Source: an uncultured Aliarcobacter sp. (GTDB taxonomy: Bacteria > Campylobacterota > Campylobacteria > Campylobacterales > Arcobacteraceae). From it: DNA of 64,000 nt. The notes under the pieces were generated by a model. It saw nothing but the letters and a program-made list of their open reading frames with translations, was not told the origin of the DNA and ran no database searches. The translations under genes were made by a program, and so were the position numbers. Shown piece by piece: positions 50,366 through 62,282 of this stretch (position 1 is the first letter of the stretch; every line of letters starts with the position of its first letter). The stretch covers positions 704,001 through 768,000 of the forward strand of contig CAXXLV010000002.1 in the NCBI GenBank assembly GCA_963664305.2, in the 5' to 3' direction.

Positions 50366-51571
50366 TTGAATAAAAAATTAGTTAATTTTATTGTTAAAAA
50401 GTATCTAAGATTTGATAAAAAAAATCCTTTTATATCTATAAGTGCTATTTTAGCATTTATAGGAGTTTCTATAGGTGTAATGGTTTTAATTCTTTCTATG
50501 GCTATTATGAATGGAACAGCAAAAGAGTTTGAAAAAAAACTATTTACAATGAATTATCCATTAACTATCTATCCAAAAGTTGAAGATTCTGTAAATGAAC
50601 AATTACTTGAAAGACTTCAAAAAGAATATCCTTATTTAAAATTTTCTCCTTTTGTTTCTTCACAAGCCATTATCCAAAATGGTGACATTATGAGTGGAGG
50701 AATGATTTTTGGTGTAATTCCACAAAAAGAAGCAGAAATAAATCCTATTTATAAAGAAGCAATAGGTGATTTACTAATAAATAAATTTGATGTAATAACT
50801 GGTTCTGGAATAAGTGATAAATTATATTTAAATGATGGAACAAAAACTACTCTTTATTTTACGGAATTAAATCCTACTGGTTTTTCAATGATGCCTAAAA
50901 TGAAAAGATTTAATTATATCGGTTCATTTACATCTGGATTAAATGCTTATGACAAAGCTTATATGTATACGACTTTAGAGTCTTTACAAACACTATTAAA
51001 AAAAGAAGCAAATGTTTATGATGGAATTCATATTTATTCAGAAGATGCATTTGCTGATATTGAAAAACTAAAGATTTCTTTACAAGGAACTGATACAGGA
51101 ATTGTTGGTTGGTGGCAACAAAATGGTAATTTCTTCGCCGCAATGAAAATGGAAAAAACTGCTTTATTTATTGTTTTAATGCTAATTATTTTAGTTGCTT
51201 CATTAAATATTATCTCTTCACTTCTAATGACTGTAATGAGTAGAAGAAAAGAAATCGCCCTACTTTTATCAATGGGTGCAAGTTCAAAAGAGATTAAAAC
51301 AATATTTTTAAGAGTTGGTACAATCATTGGATTTTCTGGAATTTTAACAGGAATTGCTTTAGGATTTATTGGTTATTGGCTTCTTGATAATTTTGATATT
51401 GTTACTCTTCCAGCAGACGTTTATGGAAGTGCTAAATTACCTCTTAATCTAGCAATGACTGATTTTGTTTCTATTATTATTGGTGCAGTTATAATAGTTT
51501 TACTTTCTTCTTATTATCCTGCTTCAAAAGCTACACATATTGATGTAATTGATGTTTTAAGAAATGAATAA
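50366..51571 (+). CDS. Lipoprotein-releasing ABC transporter permease (LolC/E family)
   Basis: MAIMNG, EK..LF, VASLNIIS, EIALL.SMGA, YPA.KA. Confidence 0.9.
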   Translation: MNKKLVNFIVKKYLRFDKKNPFISISAILAFIGVSIGVMVLILSMAIMNGTAKEFEKKLFTMNYPLTIYPKVEDSVNEQLLERLQKEYPYLKFSPFVSSQAIIQNGDIMSGGMIFGVIPQKEAEINPIYKEAIGDLLINKFDVITGSGISDKLYLNDGTKTTLYFTELNPTGFSMMPKMKRFNYIGSFTSGLNAYDKAYMYTTLESLQTLLKKEANVYDGIHIYSEDAFADIEKLKISLQGTDTGIVGWWQQNGNFFAAMKMEKTALFIVLMLIILVASLNIISSLLMTVMSRRKEIALLLSMGASSKEIKTIFLRVGTIIGFSGILTGIALGFIGYWLLDNFDIVTLPADVYGSAKLPLNLAMTDFVSIIIGAVIIVLLSSYYPASKATHIDVIDVLRNE

Positions 51572-51575
51572 GCCT

Positions 51576-54521
51576 CTATTTTAAAGGCTTATTTATTGGT
51601 TCTTCTTTTTTCTTCTCTTCTTCTAAACTACTTTTTCCACTTATAAAATCTAAAAGTAATGATGGTGAAGTTAATATTCTTTTTGTAATATTCATAGGAA
51701 TACTAAAAGTTTCTTTTGTAAGATTTGTTGAAATACTTGGATTTGATAAATCCCCAAAAATATTTACTTGTGTTTCAACTCTATTATTATCGCCTAATAA
51801 CACATAATTAACTACAGGAATTGCTCCAACTATTTTTGAATAATCTTTTAAAAATATCAATTTAATTTCAGAATCTAAAGTCAAATCATTCAAATTTACT
51901 TTTCCTTTTCCTTCAAAATCAATACCATTTCCAACAGTTACAAGTTTTTTTACATCAAGTAACTCTTTTTCTTTACTATAATTAAACTCCATTACACCAT
52001 TTACTATTTTATATGCTGTTAGATTAAATCCTTGATTTGTTGCCATTCCAACAACAGAAGGAACTGCTAAAAGTGGATTTACAAGCGCAGGAGAAGTATG
52101 TATAAAAATCAAAAGATTATTTAAAATTGCTAAATCTTCAATATTACTATTTTCAATAATTAATTTTCCATTTAAATTATCTATATTTCCACTTGCAAGA
52201 AATACGATTTTTCCCCCTTTAAAAATATTTTTATCGAAAATTGCATTTACAAACTCATCATTAATTTCATTTGTAAAAATATCTATCTTTTTATCTTTTG
52301 AGATTTTTAGTGTTATATCTGTCTTTTTATATTGCAAATGAACATACTTTTCTTCATCTCTCACTCTTACTTCAAAGTTATCTGCTAAAAATTTATACTT
52401 ATCATTTATATAAATATTTGAATTATTTCCTATAATATTAATATTTTTATAACTATTGTTATCTTCTTTATCTTCAGTTTTATATACAACATCATAACCA
52501 TTAACATTTAAAGATAAATTTCCATTTTTCTGCTCTAAAATTAAATCATTATTTTTTGTATATAATTTTGTATAGTTATTTTTATTTACCCCTAAAAGCG
52601 TTAATTCATCTATCTTTTTTCCATCTTTTTTTAATGGAATATCTAAATCTTTTAAAGTAGCCTCAAATGTAATTTCTTCTTTTTTCAGAAGTATATTTGC
52701 ATTTTTTATTTTATAAGTAGTTCCATCTAAATTCAATTCACTATTTGTAAGATATACATTCATATTTTGATTTAGATTACTTGTATCTTGTTTTTTTGTA
52801 TCTAAAATGATATTTAGATTTTTTAAATATATTTTTAAATCATCTCTTACTTCAAGTTTTATATTTTCATCAGCAGAATTTATATCAATATTTTTACCAT
52901 TGATTGTTCCTAAAACATCAAGACTTTCGACATTTTGCCCATCTTTTTGAATAGGTAAATTTAAACCTTTTATTAAAGCTTTGAAGTTGATATTGTTATC
53001 ATTTTTAATATCTAAAGTTATATTTCCATCTTTTATTGATATGTCTTTTAAAAGTTTTGAATAGGGATAGATTTTTGATAAATTATTAATATTTACAGAA
53101 ACTACATCAGCAACTTTTACAGTTGTTTCTAAATCCTTTAGATTGATAATTGTTTCTTTATTAAAATCCATTTCAATAGGTGTTTTTTTATCTTTTATAT
53201 CAACAATTTTTTCACCACTATCTTTTTTAATTACCAATGAATTAATTGTTGTTTCACCTGAAGATTTTAGAGTTTTAGTATCTATATTTATATTTACAAG
53301 AGCATTTATCATATCTTTGTATTTAAAATCTGCATCTTTTACTAAAACATTACTTCCATCTAAAATTACTGTTGCATTTTTACTATTAAAAGAAAAATTA
53401 CCTATTGAAATCAAAGCATCTTTTACTAAAAATTCACCTTTTGTTGTCATTGGTTTTTCTAACTCATATGGAAACACTAAAGTTAAAGAAGCATCAGTGT
53501 TTCCACTCTTTTGAACTAATGGAAGATTGATTTTATAAGCTTTTAAAATATCTAAAATATCTTTATCCAATTTACTATTTGCTTCTATATGTACTTCAAC
53601 TTCACCATTTTGTGCACTTGTAAGATTATGAATAGTTACAAAACTTCCATCTAAACTTTTACCTCTAAAAGTTGGTTCAATTAAATCAAAATGAAGATTA
53701 TCATCTTTAAATGTAATATCTAAATTTTTTGTTTGTATAGCATCTACATCTTTGTGAAATCTAATTTTTGCTTCTTTTATTTGTGCTTTTCCATTTAAAG
53801 ATTTTTCAACTAGCTGATTGTTTTTTAAATCATATTCAGCATATAAGCCCTCAAGTTTTATATCTCCAGCAACATTATCATACATCCATTCTTCAGCTTC
53901 TTTTGGTAAATCTAAAAATTGTTTTATAAATTTTAAACTTTTAAAAGGAGAACTAACTATATAAAATTTTGCTAAATCTTTTGTCATATCAACATTTAAA
54001 TTTGCTTCTAAGTCTTGATAATAAAAGTTTCCAAAATAGTTTAATTTGTCATTAAAATAATCAATTTTTATTTTTCCATTAAATAATATTTCATAATCTT
54101 TTAAATATAAAGAATACATATCAAATAAAATTTGATTTCCACTTATGTCTACTTTTGAGGCAATATTCACAAATTTATTATCAAGATATAAATCTTGCTC
54201 ATCTAAAATAATTTTAAATTCATTATCATCAATTTTTAAACTCTGAATATTAATACTTTGAAATAGTTTTAGAACTTTTGGTAATAGTTCAATATCTTTT
54301 TTTAAGTCTTCAAAAGAACTTTTCGTTTCAATCTTTTTTGATTTATATTCGATATTATCAATATTCAAAATAAGTTTTTTATCCAATTTAATATAGAATT
54401 GCGAAACTGAAAAATTTGAAAAAGAGAAAGAGTCTATTTTTATGCCCGAATACAGATACGAAAGAAATGATATGATGATTAAAAAGAGGAGGACAAGTAA
54501 AAGTTTAATACTCTTCAACAT
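51576..54521 (-). CDS. AsmA/YhdP-like intermembrane protein
   Basis: N-terminal TM; long beta-rich body; C-terminal AIPVVNYVLLG...GDLSNP; next to mltG. Confidence 0.78.
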   Translation of the reverse strand: MLKSIKLLLVLLFLIIISFLSYLYSGIKIDSFSFSNFSVSQFYIKLDKKLILNIDNIEYKSKKIETKSSFEDLKKDIELLPKVLKLFQSINIQSLKIDDNEFKIILDEQDLYLDNKFVNIASKVDISGNQILFDMYSLYLKDYEILFNGKIKIDYFNDKLNYFGNFYYQDLEANLNVDMTKDLAKFYIVSSPFKSLKFIKQFLDLPKEAEEWMYDNVAGDIKLEGLYAEYDLKNNQLVEKSLNGKAQIKEAKIRFHKDVDAIQTKNLDITFKDDNLHFDLIEPTFRGKSLDGSFVTIHNLTSAQNGEVEVHIEANSKLDKDILDILKAYKINLPLVQKSGNTDASLTLVFPYELEKPMTTKGEFLVKDALISIGNFSFNSKNATVILDGSNVLVKDADFKYKDMINALVNINIDTKTLKSSGETTINSLVIKKDSGEKIVDIKDKKTPIEMDFNKETIINLKDLETTVKVADVVSVNINNLSKIYPYSKLLKDISIKDGNITLDIKNDNNINFKALIKGLNLPIQKDGQNVESLDVLGTINGKNIDINSADENIKLEVRDDLKIYLKNLNIILDTKKQDTSNLNQNMNVYLTNSELNLDGTTYKIKNANILLKKEEITFEATLKDLDIPLKKDGKKIDELTLLGVNKNNYTKLYTKNNDLILEQKNGNLSLNVNGYDVVYKTEDKEDNNSYKNINIIGNNSNIYINDKYKFLADNFEVRVRDEEKYVHLQYKKTDITLKISKDKKIDIFTNEINDEFVNAIFDKNIFKGGKIVFLASGNIDNLNGKLIIENSNIEDLAILNNLLIFIHTSPALVNPLLAVPSVVGMATNQGFNLTAYKIVNGVMEFNYSKEKELLDVKKLVTVGNGIDFEGKGKVNLNDLTLDSEIKLIFLKDYSKIVGAIPVVNYVLLGDNNRVETQVNIFGDLSNPSISTNLTKETFSIPMNITKRILTSPSLLLDFISGKSSLEEEKKKEEPINKPLK

Positions 54522-55563
54522 TATTGATTTTATCCTTGTAAGCTTTATTGTGATTTTATTTTATGTAACAATGCCAGTAACTTCTACAAAAGTGTTGTTT
54601 ATTCCTAAAGGCAGTACAGCCAATATTATATCATACTTAAATAAAAGTGGATATGAGATGAATGGTCTTGATGCTGTAATTATCAAAACAATGGGTTATG
54701 TTCAAAGTGGTTGGATAGATATAAATCAAAATAGATTAACAAAAATGGATTTTATTTATAAACTAATAACTTCAAAAGCAGCATTAAAAGATATTACATT
54801 AATTCCTGGTGAAACATCGTATGTTTTCTTAAAAAAGTTAGCTGCTGAATTTAATTTATCTGAAGAAAAATTAACACAAATTTATGATCAATATGCATTT
54901 AAAGCTGATGGAAACATCTTAGCTGACACATATTCATTACCTTTAGGGATGAAAGAAGATTATATGATTTTTTATCTATTTTCTCAAACAAATAAAAAAT
55001 ATGAAGAGTTTTCAAAAAAGATTTTTGGAATTTATGATAGAAATAAATGGTACAACTACTTAATTTTAGCTTCAGTGATACAAAAAGAAGCAGCAACAAT
55101 AAATGAAATGCCAATTATTGCAAGTGTAATTCATAATAGACTAAAAAAAGGAATGAAACTTCAAATGGATGGAACATTAAATTATGGTAAATATTCAAAT
55201 GAAGTAGTAACTGCTGATAGAATCAGAGATGATGAAAGTTCATATAATACATATAAATTTGCAGGCCTTCCAAAGGATCCTGTTTGTGCAGTTGGTTTAG
55301 ATGCGATAAAAGCTGCAATGTTCCCTGTAAAAAGTAATTACATCTATTTTGTAAGAGATAATAGAAATGGTTTACATAAATTTGCAAGTACTTTTGAAGA
55401 ACATCAAGCAAATATCAGAGCAAATGTAGGTGTTGAAAAAACATATACAAAAGTAAAAGAAGTTGAAACAAAAATTGATGAAGAAGCAGAAACAATTATG
55501 AAAACTGATGTTACAAAACAGAAACCAACTTCAATTAAAGATTTATTTAACAATATAAATTAG
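54442..55563 (+). CDS. mltG: Endolytic transglycosylase MltG
   Basis: ASVIQKEA, NRLKKGMKLQMD, YNTY..GLP; start uncertain. Confidence 0.92.
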   Translation: MPEYRYERNDMMIKKRRTSKSLILFNIIDFILVSFIVILFYVTMPVTSTKVLFIPKGSTANIISYLNKSGYEMNGLDAVIIKTMGYVQSGWIDINQNRLTKMDFIYKLITSKAALKDITLIPGETSYVFLKKLAAEFNLSEEKLTQIYDQYAFKADGNILADTYSLPLGMKEDYMIFYLFSQTNKKYEEFSKKIFGIYDRNKWYNYLILASVIQKEAATINEMPIIASVIHNRLKKGMKLQMDGTLNYGKYSNEVVTADRIRDDESSYNTYKFAGLPKDPVCAVGLDAIKAAMFPVKSNYIYFVRDNRNGLHKFASTFEEHQANIRANVGVEKTYTKVKEVETKIDEEAETIMKTDVTKQKPTSIKDLFNNIN

Positions 55564-55570
55564 TCTAACT

Positions 55571-55601
55571 TGTGAAAATTTGAAACAATCAAATTTTCAC
55601 A
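55571..55601 (+). terminator. 13-bp inverted repeat after mltG (terminator, or operator for icd)
   Basis: tgtgaaaatttga-aacaa-tcaaattttcaca. Confidence 0.5.
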
Positions 55602-55667
55602 CCTTTAAATATTCAAAACTTTAAATTACCCTAAAATCAAATCTAGATAATATATCTCCAACATTAA

Positions 55668-57881
<2,214 letters not shown>

Positions 57882-57899
57882 TTTATCCTTTAATATTTC

Positions 57900-57930
57900 A
57901 AAAGGCAAGGCTTCGGCTTTGCCTTTTTTT
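57900..57930 (+). terminator. Intrinsic terminator after icd
   Basis: aaaaggcaaggc-ttcg-gctttgccttttttt. Confidence 0.85.
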
Positions 57931-57979
57931 ATGCCCAAAAAGATATAATTTCTCCCAAAGAAATTTTAAAGGCTCTATT

Positions 57980-58927
57980 TTGAATACAAAAACTATTGGA
58001 ATTGTTGGAGTTGGAAATGTAGGTTCAACTTTAGCTTTTACACTTGCAACAAAAAACATATGCAATACCCTACTTTTAAAAGATGTAAGAGAAAATATTG
58101 TACAAGCAATGGCACTTGATATTTCTCAAGCTACAAATGCAGCACGTAGTAAAACTTATGTAAAAGCATGTTTGAATAACGATGATTTCAAAGATTGCGA
58201 TATTATTGTAATTACTGCTGGAATTGCAAGAAAGCCTGGAATGAGTAGAGATGATTTACTAATAACTAATGCAAAAATCATGACTTCTGTAATAAATGAT
58301 GTTTTACCAAATAATAAAAATGCAATCTTTATCATCGTTTCAAATCCTCTTGATGCTATGGTTTACACTGCACTTAAAGCTTCTAATCTTCCTAGAAATA
58401 AAGTACTTGGAATGGCAGGAATTTTAGATAGTGCAAGAATGAGTCATTTTATCTTTGAAAAACTAGGATACGGACAAGGACAAATTGAAGCTTCAGTTAT
58501 GGGTGGACACGGTGATACTATGGTTCCACTAGCTGATTTTTCTACAGTTGCTGGAGTAAAACTTGAAGAACTTTTATCAAAAGAAGATATAGAAGACATC
58601 ATAAATAAAACAAAAAATGGTGGAGCTCAAATAGTAAAACTTCTTGAAACAGGTTCAGCATATTATGCACCTGCATATTCAACTTCACTTATGATTGAAG
58701 CAATAATAGAAGATAAAAAGAAAATTTATCCATGTGCTATTATGCTTGAAGGTGAATATGGATATGAAAATATAGTTTCAGGAGTTCCAGTTATGTTAGG
58801 TTCTAATGGAGTTGAAAAAGTTATTGAATTAAATTTAAAAGAAAAACAAAAAATAGAATTTTCTAAATCTGTCTCTTCGGTTCAAGAATTAGTTGATATT
58901 TTAGAAGAAAAATTTTTTAATAATTAA
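57980..58927 (+). CDS. mdh: Malate dehydrogenase (LDH-like)
   Basis: GVGNVG, ARKPGMSRDDL, SNPLD, LDSAR, GGHGD. Confidence 0.95.
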   Translation: MNTKTIGIVGVGNVGSTLAFTLATKNICNTLLLKDVRENIVQAMALDISQATNAARSKTYVKACLNNDDFKDCDIIVITAGIARKPGMSRDDLLITNAKIMTSVINDVLPNNKNAIFIIVSNPLDAMVYTALKASNLPRNKVLGMAGILDSARMSHFIFEKLGYGQGQIEASVMGGHGDTMVPLADFSTVAGVKLEELLSKEDIEDIINKTKNGGAQIVKLLETGSAYYAPAYSTSLMIEAIIEDKKKIYPCAIMLEGEYGYENIVSGVPVMLGSNGVEKVIELNLKEKQKIEFSKSVSSVQELVDILEEKFFNN

Positions 58928-58938
58928 AAGGAAATATT

Positions 58939-59229
58939 ATGAAACAAACATTTGAAGTTTTAAATGTAAAATGTGGTGGTTGTGCAAATACATTAATCAA
59001 ATCTTTAAAAGATGAATTTGGTGATATTGAAGTTAATTTAGATGTAACTCCAAGACAAATTACTCTTGATATAGAAGATGCTAAAAAAGAGGCTTTAAAA
59101 CAAAAACTTAGAAGTTTAGGTTATCCTTTAACTACTGATGAATTAAGTGGATTTGAGAAAGCAACAACAACTGCAAAAAGTTTTGTTTCTTGTGCAATTG
59201 GAAAATTTGACGTCGCAACAAAAAAATAG
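58939..59229 (+). CDS. Heavy-metal-associated domain protein
   Basis: NVKCGGC; LGY; C-terminal SCAIG. Confidence 0.85.
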   Translation: MKQTFEVLNVKCGGCANTLIKSLKDEFGDIEVNLDVTPRQITLDIEDAKKEALKQKLRSLGYPLTTDELSGFEKATTTAKSFVSCAIGKFDVATKK

Positions 59230-59320
59230 ACTAGTTTTTCATAATAACTAAAGGATTTATAACACTTCTTTAGATAAAATTACGCCCTTTGTAAAAGATA
59301 AAAGTATTTAGGTAGAAAAC

Positions 59321-59728
59321 ATGAAAGTAGTTATTGGAGTAGTAGGTAATGATATTCACGTAGTTGCAAATCGACTAATTGATATATCACTACAAGCAAG
59401 AGGTTTTGAAGTTTTTAATCTTGGTGTTAATACATACCTTGAAGAGTTTATTGATGCAGTTATTGAAACAAATGCTGATGTTTTATTAATCTCTTCATTA
59501 AATGGTGAAGCAGAAGGTTGGTGTAGAGACCTTCCTATTTTAAAATCAAAATATAAAAATCTAAAAGATGTTGTATTTATGTTAGGTGGAAACCTTGCCG
59601 TTGGTGAAGGTGATGCTAGTGTTATCGTTCCTAAATTTAAAAACTATGGTTTTGATTTAGTATTTCACCAAGTTGATTTAAATACAGGTCTTGATGAATT
59701 AGAAAGATATTTAAAGGAGAGAAATTGA
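59321..59728 (+). CDS. glmS: Glutamate (methylaspartate) mutase S subunit, B12-binding
   Basis: GVVGNDIHVVAN, NLGV, SSLNG, GGNL. Confidence 0.9.
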   Translation: MKVVIGVVGNDIHVVANRLIDISLQARGFEVFNLGVNTYLEEFIDAVIETNADVLLISSLNGEAEGWCRDLPILKSKYKNLKDVVFMLGGNLAVGEGDASVIVPKFKNYGFDLVFHQVDLNTGLDELERYLKERN

Positions 59729-61089
59729 GTTTACTGCAAGAAGAAAGAAATATAATTGTACAAAATAAATATGCAGATAATTTTGACTTTGCAGAAATTG
59801 AAGAGTTTATAAAAAACGCTTCAAAAAATTTATTTATTTCTCACCACTTTAAAAATTCTAATAAAATGTTAGTTCAACCAAGAGGTGGATTTCCAACTTA
59901 TAAAAAAATGTTCTCATTATATGAATATTTTGTTGGTGCAAATGTAGATGTACTTCCATGTACAATTGACTCAAATACAAGATTAAATGACTATGCAACA
60001 AGTGCTAAGATGTTAAAACTTTCAGAAGAGAATGAAGTTGATATGTTAAATGGTTATCCACTTGTAAATCATGGGTATAGAACAACTAGAAAAATGATGA
60101 CTCATTTTGATAAACCTATTTCTCTAAGACATGGAACACCAGATGCTAGACTTTTAATCGAAACTGCCTTAGGTTCTGGTATTTTTGAAATTGAAGGTGG
60201 ACCAATTACTTATCTTTTACCATATTCAAAAAACTTTCCACTTGATAAAGCGTTTATGTATTGGAAATATGTAGAAAAAATTTGTGCAAATTATTCAAAA
60301 TTAAATGAACCAATCAATAGAGAATCATTTGGACCTTTAACAGCAACATTAGTTCCACCTTGTATTACAATAGTTATTCAACTTTGTGAAATGCTTTTAT
60401 CACTTGAAGAGGGAGTAAAATCTTTCTCTGTATCATTCTCACAAACTGGTTCAATGATTCAAGATATTGTAACAGCTAATGTTTTAAGAAAAATGGCAAA
60501 ACATTATGCAGAACAAATTGGATGTGGAGATGCTAGAATAAATCTAGTATATCACCAATGGATGGGTGCTTTCCCTTCAAATAAAGATTATTCAGAATCA
60601 TTAATTAATACTTCAACGGTAATTGCTATGATGGTAAAAGCTGATAAAATTATTACAAAAACAAGAGATGAGTCTTTTGGTATTCCAACACGAGAATCAA
60701 ATGCAAAAACAGTTGCAAATACTCAATATACTTTAGGAATGTTACATGGAATTCCTACAATCACTGATGAGATGGAAGAAGAAATCCTAACAGAAGAAGT
60801 AAAAAGTATCATGGAAGCTGTATTCAATGATAAAGCTGACACTTTATGGAGAAAAGTATTTAACTCTATAAAAGCTGGAATTATTGATGTTCCATACTCT
60901 CCACATATTATAAATCATAATGAAGTTGTAACAGTAAGAGATAAAAATAAAAATATTAGAATCATAAAAAGAGGAAATCTTCCAATAAGTGATAGATGTT
61001 TTGAATATGAAAAATCAAAATGTGACTTAAACAAAGATGCCTCTTCAATCGTAAATGATATTATTCATGATATAGGAATTATGCAATGA
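59725..61089 (+). CDS. glmE: Glutamate (methylaspartate) mutase E subunit
   Basis: QPRGG, TIDSNTRLN, NGYPLVNHG, RHGTPD, EGGPI, RESFGPLT, HQWMG. Confidence 0.92.
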   Translation: MSLLQEERNIIVQNKYADNFDFAEIEEFIKNASKNLFISHHFKNSNKMLVQPRGGFPTYKKMFSLYEYFVGANVDVLPCTIDSNTRLNDYATSAKMLKLSEENEVDMLNGYPLVNHGYRTTRKMMTHFDKPISLRHGTPDARLLIETALGSGIFEIEGGPITYLLPYSKNFPLDKAFMYWKYVEKICANYSKLNEPINRESFGPLTATLVPPCITIVIQLCEMLLSLEEGVKSFSVSFSQTGSMIQDIVTANVLRKMAKHYAEQIGCGDARINLVYHQWMGAFPSNKDYSESLINTSTVIAMMVKADKIITKTRDESFGIPTRESNAKTVANTQYTLGMLHGIPTITDEMEEEILTEEVKSIMEAVFNDKADTLWRKVFNSIKAGIIDVPYSPHIINHNEVVTVRDKNKNIRIIKRGNLPISDRCFEYEKSKCDLNKDASSIVNDIIHDIGIMQ

Positions 61090-62270
61090 GCCAAAATAAA
61101 TTATTAGTAGATGTTGGAAGTACATACTTTAAAGTTAGTGCAAATGGAAATATAAATCAATATTTTAGAGATTTTAACAAAGACATTTTTGATGATTTAA
61201 CTTCTAAATGTGGTGATATTATCTCTAAATTTAAAAAAGATGAAGTATTTATTTGTTCTTCTGCAAATGGTGGATTAACTACATTAATTATTGGAATTAC
61301 TAACTCTTTTTCTTTAAAATTTGCTACAAATATTGCATATAATTCAGGTATTAATATTATTAATACAGTTTTATACCAAGATATAGATACAACTTCAATT
61401 CCAAGTGATTTAATTGATGTTGTTATTCTTGTTGGAGGAATTGATTCTATTTCAAATGTTTTTGATGAAAAATTATTTAATTTCTTAGAGAATCTAAATT
61501 ATTCAAATGTTGTATTTGCTGGAACAACACAAGATGAAAAATATTTAAAAGAAAAAATTAAAAATTTAGTTGTTGTTGATAATATCATAAACAACAAACT
61601 ACATGTTGTTGAAGAGCCTTTAAAACAATATTTAACGAACCTTTATCAAGCTGATATTGAAGGAAAAGAAGATATAAAACATTTATATGATTTAACTTCA
61701 AATCAAATTTACTCTACTCCATATATTGTAAATAAAACTCTTCCTTTAATTGATACTAAATTTGCAGCTGTAAATCCATTTATTTTAATTGATATTGGTG
61801 GAGCAACAACAGATATTCACTATTCAAAAGATTTATCTATGGATAATATGGTAACTGAAAATGAATATGATAGACTTGTATTTAAAAAACTAGGTGTTTA
61901 TAAATCAAAAGAGTCTTTAATTTTTGCAGCTAAAAACAATGAATTTGTTTATGAATTATTAGCACATTTAAAAGTTACAGAAAATATTTTCAATGAAGAT
62001 TCTCCAAAAGCACTAAGAGTTTTAATGCAATTAGCAATTTTCCTAGTTTTATATAAAGTAAGTGATGCTCATCCTTTATATATAAAATTAAAGTTAAATT
62101 TACTAAAATCAATTGTATTAACAGGTGGAATTACTAAAGTTTTAACTTTTGATGAAGCAACAGATATTATCTCTTTCTTCTACAAAAAGATTTTAAATTC
62201 AGATATTTATCCTTCTATTATCATGGACTATGACTATGATATTTGGACTTTGGGTATTACACAACAATAA
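61086..62270 (+). CDS. glmL: Glutamate mutase accessory ATPase (GlmL/MutL-type, actin-like)
   Basis: DVGSTYFK, CSSANGGL, VGGID, DIGGATTDIH. Confidence 0.88.
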   Translation: MSQNKLLVDVGSTYFKVSANGNINQYFRDFNKDIFDDLTSKCGDIISKFKKDEVFICSSANGGLTTLIIGITNSFSLKFATNIAYNSGINIINTVLYQDIDTTSIPSDLIDVVILVGGIDSISNVFDEKLFNFLENLNYSNVVFAGTTQDEKYLKEKIKNLVVVDNIINNKLHVVEEPLKQYLTNLYQADIEGKEDIKHLYDLTSNQIYSTPYIVNKTLPLIDTKFAAVNPFILIDIGGATTDIHYSKDLSMDNMVTENEYDRLVFKKLGVYKSKESLIFAAKNNEFVYELLAHLKVTENIFNEDSPKALRVLMQLAIFLVLYKVSDAHPLYIKLKLNLLKSIVLTGGITKVLTFDEATDIISFFYKKILNSDIYPSIIMDYDYDIWTLGITQQ

Positions 62271-62282
62271 AAAGGGGCAATT

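Noticed and set aside
1058..55411. Many 60-125 aa ORFs nested in or antisense to larger genes
   Set aside because: No RBS or motifs; composition typical of shadow frames in AT-rich DNA
59230..59320. Cobalamin riboswitch upstream of glmS
   Set aside because: Only 91 nt long, with no B12-box-like sequence
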